A DNA stretch of 64,000 bases, taken from Botryllus schlosseri (lineage: Eukaryota). The position numbers and the translations under genes are program-made. The notes below the pieces were generated by a model. That model was not told the DNA's origin, did not search any database, and saw only the letters and a list, made by a program, of their open reading frames with translations. Position 1 is the first letter of the stretch; every line of letters begins with the position of its first letter. The stretch covers positions 29,700,001 through 29,764,000 of the forward strand of contig CM119371.1 in the NCBI GenBank assembly GCA_051294905.1, written 5' to 3'. Below are positions 39,689 to 52,188 of the stretch, in pieces.

Positions 39689-39915
39689 TATGATATTCTT
39701 TCTCGCCTGCACCATCGAGATGCTTTGGCGACGGAGTTGCGATACGGCCCCATGAGGTCATCTAGTCTGCGCCCCCGTTTTTTTTTCTCCTTGCTGAGCG
39801 CCTAGCAGGATAGCTGCGGATACCATTTTTCGAGTCTTTGGTATGACCCGGCCGGGGATCGAACCCACGACCTACCGCTCGAGAAGCCGGACGCATAACC
39901 ATTACACTATCTCGC
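39689..39915 (-). mobile_element. tRNA-derived SINE
   Basis: Minus strand: A box TAGTGTAATGG, B box GGTTCGATCCC, then core GGTCATACCAAAGACTCGAAAAATGGTATCCGCAGCTATCCTGCTAGGCGCTCAGCA; flanked by TAAGAGAGAGAGAGAG on both sides. Confidence 0.88.
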
Positions 39916-40344
39916 TAAGAGAGAGAGAGAGAGGGATAGCAATAGAGAAAATAATATAGAGATGTTTATTCAGTCAACAGTCAAAAGCAGAATGCACTGA
40001 TAATAGCCAGGTAACACTAACGATTACTAAACAACGTACTTCAAAATTACATGGTGATGACAATGATTGATTGATTGATTTCTTCATTGCTATACTGCTG
40101 ATATATCAATGATCAATAATGGGGAAACGAAATATAATGGAAGTCATATAGTCAAGTCAGACAATCATGTGGTTGTAACAATGATATTATAATTGGGTTG
40201 AAATGATCAATTTCTTCTGCCAGTTTGGTAGGTAAATAAAATGAGAAGAGAAACGTTCACAAATCCCAGTAAATGCAAGAAAGCGACACACTAAAATAAT
40301 GGAGCGACATTGATAAAACAGCAGTCCACTTCATGGCTCCTGAG

Positions 40345-40538
40345 CAATGTGCCCTTTTAGGTACGCATGTGTGCAATTGATATGAGCTGACACGGTCTCT
40401 GCTCACATAAATTATAAGTTGCGCATAAAAAATCCGAAGAGATGACCTTTTTTAGTGGTTACGCACAGTTGTCCAAGGGACCGCGCAGTGAATAGGTAAG
40501 TGCTTGCTGCAGACTCGTCAAAATTAGAGGTAACATTG
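40345..40538. mobile_element. Short MITE of the CAATGTTCCCTC family
   Basis: Termini CAATGTGCCCT / AGAGGTAACATTG; degenerate TSD CTCCTGAG / CTTCTTAG; TGCGCA motifs. Confidence 0.7.
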
Positions 40539-41189
40539 CTTCTTAGCTATATGCAAACGGGGCTAAAAGCACGAATTACTTACGCGAGAGTCGTTATTAC
40601 CGTTCAACATCTATTATAGAAATGCTGCATCATTTGAGAATCTATATCTTGCAGCTTAATTCCTCCCCTGCAAATAACCCAGCGGGAGCAAACGGACCCC
40701 AGGGTCATTGGGTTTACCGATGACGTCATGATCGGCACACGAGTGTACCGTACCTTACCCTGGATGATCTGGTCATTTACCAGAGACATTACGATAAGTT
40801 TCAGCAGCGTTTCCAGCGTCGACCTCACAATCCCTCTCAATCTTACTGATCTCACAACTCGTGCGGCGAGTTACCTGACTATTAAAATGTATACGTGAAC
40901 TCTTTCATAGTGATCAAAGCCGGCGACAGATGATAAGATGAGAGCAGAAGCACATATTCCGTAACTTTATCTGATGAAGTGTGGACTTGCACATATTATG
41001 ACACCACTTCGGCGAAAGATTTGGGTCGACTTTATGTGTTTGTCCCATATTGCATCTTTGCATACACAATTTTGTGTCTAAATCGATGCTTTCGATTTAG
41101 AGTGTAGATAACCCATTAGACAGACTGCTGTGTCTAAAATTGGTAGCGCAGTATTCAGACTGCCGCACAGAACCAGCGATACTAATTAG

Positions 41190-42048
41190 TGAGGCGATTT
41201 ATTTTGACATGTCAAAAAAGTCAAATTTAGGTCAAAATTGTAGCGTTCGGTTAAAAAATGTCAAACTTGTTTACAAAGTTGAAACTTTTTGCAACCTGCA
41301 TTTCGTTTGTAGCGTAGATTTTGCACTGTCGGTGAACATATCATTTGACATTGCAGCTTGCAGCTTAATTTATAAGCCTACCCTGGCTGCTCATTGTGAA
41401 TCATGAATATGCAAATGAGACAAATAGGTTGAAATGGCGTTATGCTCAACGTAACCAAATATCCCAACTGAAGCAAGACTGCGTGGGCATTGCATGGTTC
41501 TTATATCAAGAAGCGCATCATTGAAAATTGTGGTGTGGATACCATTGCCAGTATGAAGCAACAGGGTTTGTCACCAGCAGTGTATGCACAACTTCAATGT
41601 TGTCAGCCAACAACTGCTGCTGTTGAACGTTGTTTCTCCATGTTTGGCAAGCTACCATTAAAAAACAGACACTCTCTACCCGAGAATGTAGGAAAGTATC
41701 TTTCGTTGTACTACAAAAATGTTCAATTATTTCTACCACAATGCGTAATGTAACTACTGGAATTGTTCATAGGGCCAGATTTCGTTAAAATAAAGTTTTT
41801 TCATGCGACAATTCGTCAGTTTTTGAGGTAAAATAGTTTTTTTTTCAGGCCAAACTACTTCGCAAGGACAGACAGTTTCAACCAGAAATCAAGATAAGTA
41901 GTACAATTACAACATTTTGTGGGAAAACACCTAATTTGCATTCGTTATGTCAAATTTGGTCAAAATTAAGATTTTTAACCAGAAAAAATGCCAAAATATT
42001 GATATTTTAGGTCAAAATCTTCCATTTTTCAAGTAAAAATTCGCCCTA
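41190..42048 (+). mobile_element. hAT-related element with transposase C-terminal remnant (copy 2)
   Basis: Termini TGAGGCGA / TCGCCCTA; TSD CTAATTAG / CTAATTAC; ORF 41490-41753 has CQPTTAAVERCFSMFGKL...ENVGKYL (hAT VERxFS motif). Confidence 0.82.
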
Positions 42049-42577
42049 CTAATTACATTTACCTTTTATGGGTGATAAAGATATTTCAAGCTTGACAACG
42101 TGGCGATTGGTAAAAAAGTTTGGTACCCCTTGAAATATACCAATGTCATGGCAATTGTAGATCCATAATCGTAATAGTACTCACTATCATAAATTGGCCT
42201 ATAACAAATAAGACAACATGGAGTTCGGCCTATCACCGATACCGAAATGTAAGACACAAAATATGACATTCTTCTCGACTTCATTTCGGTTAAGTATGAA
42301 GAAATGGTATTCAAGGTATATTCCAAGAAATATGGAAGATTCATCGTTACGGGACCACGAAAATATCTGCAATACAGTGTTGCATGGACAGGAACTGACA
42401 AACAACTTTTACCGGTATCATACGAGCACGATTTTCGGAAAACACAGGCAACCGCTCATGTTGCGCTGGCTGCAGTTACACTTGAACAATTGCACGTTAT
42501 CAAGATTACAGTCAACAGTATGGCATCATATGAAGGAGTGCAGTGCCAGTATTCAAACGTCGCATCAGCGTTGTGAT

Positions 42578-43093
42578 TAGGGCTGGGCAAAATCGAGTAC
42601 CGGAGTGATTCGATTCTGAATCACGAAATATGCTTCGAGTCGAGTCGAGTAATCGAGTATCGCTCATTATAACGTCATAACAGAATGTAATACGTCAAAG
42701 TTCAAATATGTACCGTTTGTGTCACCACAAAGAATATAATGCCTGGTATCCATCTCATAAATGATACTCAAGTATTTTACGACCATACTGATTTCATTCC
42801 ACTTGGTGACAATGTTGTGGGATAATCATGACTATGGACATGTGCTACGTCCAGTAGCCTTCGTAGCTTCGTACTATATGTTTCGTATGCTACAATACCG
42901 CCAATCAAGGTTTCAAGGCTCCATCAGTGAAAATTAGTATCGAAACTATAATTCTGGTCGATAAATTAACTTTCAGTGACGAGACGCGTATAATTTCAGT
43001 ACTCGAAAAAATCGTATTTTACTACTCGACTCGAATCATTAAAATTAATGCTCGATTCAGATTCGAGTACTCGAATCATTGTGCCCAGCCCTA
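42578..43093. mobile_element. hAT-type MITE with TCGAG/CTCGA repeats
   Basis: TIR TAGGGCTGGGCA; perfect TSD GTTGTGAT; inverted sister at 48273-48788. Confidence 0.93.
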
Positions 43094-43181
43094 GTTGTGA
43101 TGCGGTACTTAGTAATGACGTGGAGTAAAGTGAGCTCTCCTGCGACTATGACGTTCTCGAAAGTCGATGTAGAGTAATTAT

Positions 43182-44100
43182 TAGGGATGGTGTGAACCTC
43201 TGAAAGGTTCAGGTTCGTGTGAACGCGAACCTTTTTGAAAGGTTCTGTGTGAACACGAATGTGAACCTCATGACGTCACGTGACGTCATATTGCTAATTC
43301 CAATTCTATCTTTCAATGAAGTGATAGCCTATATTCATGTACATGTACGTACACGATGCCTAGCGACGACTCGGGCCACATAATCCTACAATGCAGAAGT
43401 ACATATTGGCGTTTTAAACGTCGCTGAATGTATCAACTGAGGCAATCAAATGATATAATACTTCCATAAAATCAATATTATCCGTCGCCAAACACTTCGA
43501 CGAGGACTTACCAGGGAATATAAGAAACACGGTCTTGGCCATACCGGACAATGTATTCGGCGTCTGAGTATTGCTACATTGATTTTGAGCAGAGTGTAAA
43601 ACAGGGTTTCTATGCTTGCTACCGATATTATCCCAATAATAAGTTATACAGCAGTAGCCAAAACCCCCAATAAACATATGAAGTCAAAGATTGATTGGTT
43701 GAATAAGCATCATTCGCTGACTACTCTAAGTGTATTTCGCTCGTGACGTTGTGTGATTGCGAGTCGAGCTCACAGCAAAGAGTCGCTGAATATTCACAAT
43801 TGGAATGATGGATATTTGGAGCAAACTTTTGTAACAAAGCAAGTAAAATCTTTGAGACTGTCAAGGTGCATATTCGTTTTGTGTTGATTTTTTCTGCTTC
43901 CAGCGCCATGCATAGAGGGACCGGCCCGCAGTTGAAATGCAATAAATTCGTACCAAAGATGTCATATTAAAGTAATTGTAATATATTAAAAAGCTTCACA
44001 GTGCAGAACCTATCAAGGATCTGTTGTGAACGCGAACCTCTGAATTTCCGAGGTTCACACACAGAACGCGAACGTGAACCTCACGTTCACACCATCCCTA
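43182..44100. mobile_element. hAT-type MITE with GTGAAC/GAACC repeats
   Basis: TIR TAGGGATGGTGTGAAC; perfect TSD GTAATTAT. Confidence 0.93.
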
Positions 44101-44463
44101 GTAATTATGACTTAATAAGACTTTTCATTTTCACAAAAAATTACGGCTCGGGCGACGGCCCCTGTCTGTTCAATGTTCATAGCTGCAACGGTAGTTATTG
44201 ACTACTGACTGAACCATTCGCTAGTGTACGGAGCCTGATCAGGAGCTGGAGAAGCGGTATCAAAGAGTTCCGGAGCTGGAGCAGAAGCTAATTCATGATA
44301 GAAGTGATCTCCGGAGATGAACTTGGACTTGATTTGCATGACTGTCGGGGGCATATTCGAATTTCAATGTGGTAAATATGAAAAGGAAACAGTGTGATGC
44401 TCAGACCCGAATGCTTCAGCTCAATCCAAACGCCATGTTTAAATTGTATATGGGTGGGATGTA

Positions 44464-45186
44464 GGGGAGATGTGGTACCGATGGATCAAAAATTGCAAAA
44501 TGATCTCTGGCCCTCAAATCTTCAGCCGAGAATAGCAGATCTTTTGCTGTCTCAACACTTCGATACAAGCTCTACCTATCGCGGACATTTACATGAATAT
44601 CCGCCTTTTCAAAAAATATTTATGAACGTTTGAAGTTTGTTGCTCGAACGTGTCACCGCAAATCTTCATTTTGACTTTCAAATACCTCGTAATACCGATG
44701 AAACACCGCAGGTAACTATGATTTACAGCCTATATATATGTAGGCGAGTTTCTGTTGTTAAGTGATTAGTTGGTCTATCTATATTTTGCTTGATTTGGCT
44801 ATGGTACCATACGTCCCCCACCCCATAAATATTGTAATTCACTTGAAAAGGGTCCACTCGAGGATGGTATTGATTCAAAAAATATGTGCCAATATATACC
44901 CTGATACAAGCCCTATACTTCACATTAAAAATTGTGGCGGGTTTGTTAGTCTGAAAGGTGATATAGAAAAATTCAAATGTCGATCCAAATTTACTTTACA
45001 CCCCCTAAAACGTAAATCATTCGTCACAGACCCCAGAACTCTCGCAGGTTGAGTTTTTTGGCATGTCAGGAAAGATTATGTCAGCATGTAATTGTGGACA
45101 AATTCACAGAGTGTAATCATGAAATTATCATGGAGAATTTTTCAAGTATTTTCGGTCCCAGAGATCCATCGGTACCACATCTCCCC
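44464..45186. mobile_element. TA-flanked MITE (Tc1/mariner/pogo-type by TSD)
   Basis: Perfect TIR GGGGAGATGTGGTACCGATGGATC; TA on each side. Confidence 0.88.
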
Positions 45187-45403
45187 TACTTAGGGTTGCG
45201 TTTAAAGCAAATGGTTGTCTAAAACACTTTGTTTAAAACATGTTTTACACGGTGTTTTAAACAAGGACCCTTAAAAAATGTGTTTTTAAAGTTGTAAAAT
45301 CATGCTATAATTGTATAAATGCGTTCCAAAAAACATGCTGTATGAGCCAAAGGGCAATTACCACCCGATGTAGCCGGCGTTTACCATATGGGATGGTTAT
45401 AAC

Positions 45404-47321
45404 CAGGGCTGTGGATTCGGTAAATTTTACCTCCGGCTCCGACTCCGACTCCATACATATTCAATATACCGACTCCGACTCCTCAGTCTTTAAACGTACC
45501 GACTCCGACTCCCGACTCCGACTCCAGCATTATTACCAATTTACGTCGAAAATTATATGCCACGTTGTCGGTAGAATGACTATCATACAACCATTAAACA
45601 TATGCAAACATATGATTAACGGTGGCATGCTAAATTGTTTCATTGTGGCACAGCTCGTATTATCCACTATGCAATTAACATGAAAGAAAGATTTGCTAAA
45701 TATCCTTCCTTTTTCAAGTTTTTATAACATGGACTCTCTAATATCCTGGAATGTATGAATCATTCAAATATGGCAGGTATCCAATCCTGTATATTAAAAA
45801 TGTGGATAAAAAATCCAAGTGTAGCTCTTGTGTATGAGTCAGCAACTAATAAAGAGATTGAACTTACTAATTTTGTCATTGCACACTATCCTGATTACAA
45901 GCACAGACACTCTTACTACTAACAGACATTGGTTATAAACGGAATTTAGTTAAGTAGTTATAGACCATAGCCTATGTCTAGTCTGCATGTACTTAATCAA
46001 GTATTCAAGGATTGGGACTTGCAGTCTTTCTTAATCATTTGTTCGACCTAAACAGCTAATCTACACTATAAATGTTTTTAATTTTGTCAAGTGGGAAGCA
46101 TCGTTTGGTCATATTTACAATCATTTTTACAATTTTACAAAACCAGCCGATGCATTTGCTCTGTCACAGTATCATGGTATAATTCCAAAAATTGCATCAA
46201 TTTTGACTGCATCGCGAAAACGCACATTACTATTTTCTACCCCTGGGCAACTGAGTTGTAATTTGCAAGTATCGTCTAATTTTATCTATGTCAGGGGTGG
46301 GCAACTTTTTCGGCCAAAGGGGCACATGAGATTTACGAACCATTGCACGGGCAACTGGAATGTTGATAACCTTTTTTTAGTCGTCCGATAGGAGCGAATC
46401 GAATTAGGTAACATTGCAAACAAGACTTATATTAATACGCTATAAAATTGATAACAATATGTCACGCAACTGTGCAGTGCGCAATCAGGCCTTGGTCGCG
46501 CGAAGCGTGAAATTTTTTTGCAATTTAATGATTGAACTATATCAGTAAATATGTTGCTAACATACATTGGAGGTCGCATCTGTATACCACTGGACTTATT
46601 TGGCAAGGACAGGATTATTCGACGTTTAGACATAGCAAAATCGACGGTATCAGTGAACTACTGAACATGCCTCTATCATTTTGTGCAAATGTTTTGTCGA
46701 CGATCTTGCTGCGAGTGCACAAGCGAAGCCGCATGTTGGACGACACGTTATCTCCTAATTGCGAATATAGTTAGACTCAATTCTGTGAATAATATGTATT
46801 TATAATTTTCAGAAGGGGGCTCAAATACTGAATGCAAGAAATCTAGTGACAATGAATCATGCGAAGTACCGAGAAAAATTTCAATTCAAATAAATCTGCT
46901 ATGAAATATTCTACTTTATGGTCATATACGAAGATCTGGGATAAATGTGGCTGGCCCCTGATTACGTCAATGCGTCAGAACTGTTGTTTTAGTCATCATC
47001 AAATTTCGCGGTCATGCTAATCAAATTATGGTTGGCCTTGCAATTGTACCTGATGTCATAAATAATTTCGAGAATTAACTCGCAGGCCACACCTAACCTT
47101 CTCGTGTGCCAAATTTGGCCTGCGTGCCACGGGCTGGCCGCACCTGATCTGTATGGTTATTAATAACAGTGATTGGTGGTACATAAAAATTCTATTGAAA
47201 ATTTTTTGAAAGCAAATGTTTTCATGATGGAGAAGTTGGAGTCGGAGTCGAAGTCAGGGTCATTCTCACAAACTCCGACTCCGACTCCAGTCAGTATTTT
47301 CCCCACGACTCCGACTCCAGC
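45404..47321. mobile_element. hAT-type element with CCGACT arrays, right TIR eroded
   Basis: Starts CAGGGCTGTGGATTCGG after GTTATAAC; (CCGACT)n at ~45435-45525 and ~47240-47320. Confidence 0.7.
46292..47146. mobile_element. Nested Charlie/Buster-like MITE
   Basis: Termini CAGGGGTGGGCAAC / GCTGGCCGCACCTG; degenerate TSD ATCTATGT / ATCTGTAT. Confidence 0.65.
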
Positions 47322-47478
47322 TATTATAGTTGAGTTAACAAGACCCGATACGTTTTATTTAATCGTTTGCATATTTCATTGAGCATGCTAAATAATTTTG
47401 TGGTGTCTTTGAATAAAAGTGAGGATGTTTACACTGACGCGCGTGTATAATACTAAATGAATGCAGTCGATTTACAAT

Positions 47479-49284
47479 CAGAGGTGGTCAAATTAGTCAA
47501 GAAAGCTACTCAAGTAGAAGTGAAAGTAGCGAGGAAAAAATCTACTCGAGTACGAGTAGAAATACTTCTTCCATAAGCCATCGAAACCTACTTGAAGTAG
47601 AAGTAGAATCGACTGACTTTAAATCTACTCAAGTAAGTAAGTAGTTTTGTAAACAGTTTTAATTCGTTCGCATGGACTGTCAAAAGCTGCAAATTGAGCT
47701 ATGCGGTAGGTGCAGAGAGCTTGATTCGTATTAATGCATCCCAGGGCGAGATACCAATTTTCGACCGAATAAGCATTCTTTCGTATCATGGGATGCAAAT
47801 TATAGTATTAATATGAAAATACGATACTAACCCTTTGTTTACTAGAAGACCACGTTTTAGAGAACATCGTGACAAGGCGCCCTACCCCATGAGGCTCTAA
47901 GTTTAGGCGAAGAGCAATACGGAGAAGTTGTATCAGATAAGGTTTCAACATTTTGCGCGATTAGTATACGTTAATAACAAATATTGTGAATCGTAAAATT
48001 TATATTTAGTGTAGCTTTATTTTCGGAAAACAAAGGCATTACTATACTTGCTTTTATGCTTCAACATGTATGTTCAGCAGACAAAATAACTGAAGGTAAT
48101 TAGAACCCAAAGTATGATACTCGGAACTGAAAGTGAAATACAAATACCGCTTCTAAAAAGCGGAAAATATATTTCATGTCTTTTTGTCCATAAAGCTTCA
48201 AAGGTGATCTGCTAAAACAGGTACAACGTTCGAAAAAGCAAGATTTTCCAGATTAGCAGGACACGTCGTGGGTAGGGCTGGGCACTATGATTCGAGTAAT
48301 CGAATCTGAATCGAGTATTAATTTTAATGATTCGAGTCGAGTAGTAAAAGACAATGTTTTCGAGTACTGAAATTATACGCATCTCGCCACTGAAAGGTAA
48401 TTTATCAACAATATCTATAGTTTCGTAACTAATTTTCAATGTTGAAGTCTTGAAACCTTGATTGGCCGTATCGTAGCATACGAAACATGTAGTACAAAGC
48501 TACTAGCGTTACTGTAAATGGCACATTTCCGAATCCATGATCATCCCACAACATTGTAACCAAGTGCATGAAATCAACATGGTCGAAAAAATACCATAGT
48601 GTCTTTAATGTGATGGATAACAGACATTACATTCATTGTCGTCGCGTAAAAGGTACATATTTGAACTTTGACATATTACATTATGTTATGACGTCATAAT
48701 GAGTGATACTCGATTACTCGACTCGACTCGAAGCATATTACGTGATTCAGAATCGAATCACTCAGGTACTCGATTTTGCCCAGCCCTAGTCGTGGGCTGC
48801 TAGATTACGATATGATAGGTAATTGCTAGATTGCGAAACGGTAGTTTCAAAAGTTATGGTGGGCCATATTTACTGTGATGAAATATTTGATATGGGCGAC
48901 AATGCAGTTTGAGCGGAGTCGAGCAATCCGGTACCTAAATTTTATTCACTGATACTTTCGTGAAAACATACTTGTCACTCCATAACTACTGTGCGCGAAG
49001 CGCAACAAAATTTCTGGGCTTTACTTGACTTCTATGAAAATTAAATGTTGTTACTCCTTGAAAAGAGCCCTGAAATTCCTCAGGCTATCTTGCGTATTGG
49101 GGGATTAAACTACTTCTACTTGACAAACTGAAAATAGCGAAAACTAAGTAAGTAGATCACAAAATATTACGAGGTAGAAGTAGAGGTTGAGATAATCAGA
49201 TCTACTTTAGTAAGTACCAGAAGTAGAGGAAAACTACTTGAGTACTTCCAAAAAGTAGAAGTACTTCCTTACTGACCACCTCTG
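47479..49284 (+). mobile_element. hAT-type element with AGTAG repeats (copy 1)
   Basis: TIR CAGAGGTGGTCA / TGACCACCTCTG; TSD TTTACAAT / TATACAAT; colinear with 50134-51403. Confidence 0.92.
48273..48788. mobile_element. Nested MITE, sister of 42578-43093
   Basis: TIR TAGGGCTGGGCA; perfect TSD GTCGTGGG; empty site seen at ~50925 in the sister host element. Confidence 0.93.
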
Positions 49285-49530
49285 TATACAATTAGGGGCA
49301 TTCGATAACAATAGCGCTTCGCTCCCATTTGTTACGACGACTGATTGTCGCTGCAAGTAGACATACGTTACTTACGTAATGTCGCACACGTGTATTTTAT
49401 TGACATCAATCCTCTTTGTATTGTTTGATTCCGTGCATTTAACAAGGGGTTTCTGTCCTTCTATGATTTCATAAAGATATGGATTAGTACGTGGCGTATT
49501 CTTTCTACATGAGAAAAACATATTCTATAC

Positions 49531-49686
49531 CCCATTCGAGTCTTGCACAAATCTTTGGACGAATATTCCATGGGCAAAGGCATTCGTCAGTCAGATCAGA
49601 ACAATCGAACCGTCCCTCGCACACAAATCGCGAGGGTAGGTATATGCGATCGTCAAAGCACCGGAAGCCAACTTTGTCAAAATGAT
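49531..49686 (-). CDS. Single exon encoding an LDL-receptor class A-like module
   Basis: Acceptor TTTTATTTGTAG, donor G|GTATAG; 156 bp, phase 1-1, no stop; HFDKVGFRCFDDRIYLPSRFVCEGRFDCSDLTDECLCPWNIRPKICARLEW has the FxC...C-x-G-x-x-DC-x-D-x-x-DE pattern. Confidence 0.75.
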
Positions 49687-50133
49687 CTACAAATAAAATC
49701 GAAAAAATTAACAAATGCACGGGGTGGAACGGAAAGGAGTACTGACTACAACGCAAGTACGGCACCATTTTCTCGAGCCTGTTGTACCTATATAGGCCGA
49801 TCACTGGAATGGATTGTAGGCCAAAACACCAGAGCGCTTAGTAAAGAACGAAGAGATATATTGAGATTTGTTGATTTAGGTTCTGAGATTCTTGTGCATG
49901 TCATAACCTCCAAAACGCTAGGAAACCTTTGTTGTAATGCGACGGATTATGATGCTGGTAAATAGCGTCATCAAAACTGGTGTACCACCCTGTTTGTGAG
50001 ATTGAATGTTCCGCTTCTACAATTAGAAACTTTCACGCGCAAGGTATTTAACAGGCAAGCAATGATGTCCCAGAACAGCTGTTCGCGATGTAAACACCCT
50101 CAGTCAATTTGATAGTGACGAGTGGCATTCAGG

Positions 50134-51403
50134 CAGAGGTGGTCAAAGTCGTCAAGAAAGCTACTCGAGCAGAAGTAGAAGGAGCGACGAAAAAATCTAC
50201 TCAAGTACGAGAAGAAGAACTTCTTATATAAGCAACCTAAAACGACTTGAAGTAGAAGTAGAATTGACTGAATTTAAATCTACTCAAGTAAGTAAGTAGT
50301 TGTGAAAATCGTAATGAGTTCACATGGACTGTCAAAAGCTGCAAATGGACCTGTGCGGAAAGTGTAGAGAGCTTGATTCATATTGATGCATCCTAGGAGG
50401 TGTCAATTTTTGACAGAATAAGCAGTCGTCCACAACATGGGATGTAAATGACAGTATTAATATTGAAATGCAATTCTAATCCTTTGTTAACTCGACCACC
50501 CCGTTTTGGATAATATCATGGAATGGCGGCCTCGCCTATATTATAAGGCCCCTAGTTCAGCCCAAAAGCAATACGGCGAAATTGTTTCGGATACGGTTTT
50601 AAGACTTTTAGCAATTAGTATACATTAATTAAAATTATGGCAGATCGTAAAAATGCCATATAGTGCATAGCTATATTTCAGATAATATAAGGCATTACTA
50701 CACTTGCTTTTATACTTTAACATGTATGTTCTCCGGACAAAAGAACTGAAATTATAATTATAACTCATCGTGTAATACTCGTCATTGAATGAAAAATGCA
50801 AATACTACATCAAAAAAGCGGAAAACATAAATCATGTCTTTTGTCCAGAAAGTTTCCAGGGCGGTGTGCTAAAACTGGTCTAACGTAAAAAAAAGACAAA
50901 TTCCACATTTTCGGATTAGAACACGTCATGAGCTGCCAGGTATAATAGGTAATTGCTAGACTGCGAAACGGTAGTTTCAAACGTTATCGGAGTGCCGTAC
51001 TTACTGTGATGAAATATTTTATATAGGCGAAAATGCGGTGTGAATGGAGCCACGCAACCCGGTATCTAAATTATATTTACCAATACTTTCGTTAAAACAT
51101 ATTTGTCACTCCATATCTACTGTGGTCGAAGCGCAACGAAAATTTTGGGTATCTAAATGTTGGTACTACGTCAAAACAGCCCCGAAACTCATTTGCCTAT
51201 CTTTCGTATTGGGGCATTAAACTACTTCTAATTGACAAACTGAAAATAGCTAAAAGTAATTGAGTAGTTCACAAAATATTACGAAGGAGAAGTAGAACTA
51301 GCGAAAAAAACGATCTACTAGAGTAAGTAGTAGTACCAGAAGTAGAGTAAAAGTAGTCAAGTATTTTGAAAAAGTATAAGTACATCATTACTGACCACCT
51401 CTG
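50134..51403 (+). mobile_element. hAT-type element with AGTAG repeats (copy 2)
   Basis: TIR CAGAGGTGGTCA; perfect TSD CATTCAGG. Confidence 0.93.
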
Positions 51404-52188
51404 CATTCAGGTGATCGGCTCTCCGTTGGAATGCGGTCGTACGCTATAGACGTTATCGGAAAACGGCCGCGAATAGCACAAACGTGGTATATCCGTGCTA
51501 TAATCGGTAAGAAGTATATGCGCTATACTAAGTCGACTTCTAGTGTTTTGAAAGGAGTTCAGACCTAATTCCCTACCTGGAAAATAATCGAAAATATTAG
51601 GTCATGACCACTTTTCATCGTAAATAGTTTTATACAATTATAAGCGTGATAAGCTGTGGAAAGAGACGGAAAATTGCCAACTTTACGAGGAAAATTGAAG
51701 CAGTCTTCTACGAAGTGTCCGCATGTCGAGTATCGACATCGTATGATTCGTAATTGACTCTGTGCAAAATCCCATCAACCCATTCGTTCGGGTTCCTATT
51801 TATTTTTGCAATGAAACTCGCAGTTTTAGTAATACCTTTTTTTTTCTCCTCGCAGAAGATTTCGTCCGTTCCTGTTAACATACAACATGATGAATTTTAT
51901 TTTATCATTGTGGCATAGAATTGGCATTATTATATTGTTTATTCACGGTAAAACTGATAAATACACACATAATCCGGGGAACAACCTGCCCCCAAAGAAA
52001 AATGGCGAGATTTGAGTCAATTTTTAAAATTTCAGTAATACATTCAAATTGTTATTCCTATGCAATACATGGACAAGTCAGATTACAGAATAGCAGCAGA
52101 TGAAGAATTGGTACGGGTTACAGAGCAGGGGTAGAGATGATTGAAGATGAAGAAACGAAATTACAGATATTATGCTGTGATTCACAAG

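Noticed and set aside
39845..39915. tRNA gene
   Set aside because: It has A/B boxes but no proper acceptor stem, continues into a SINE body and is flanked by a duplication.
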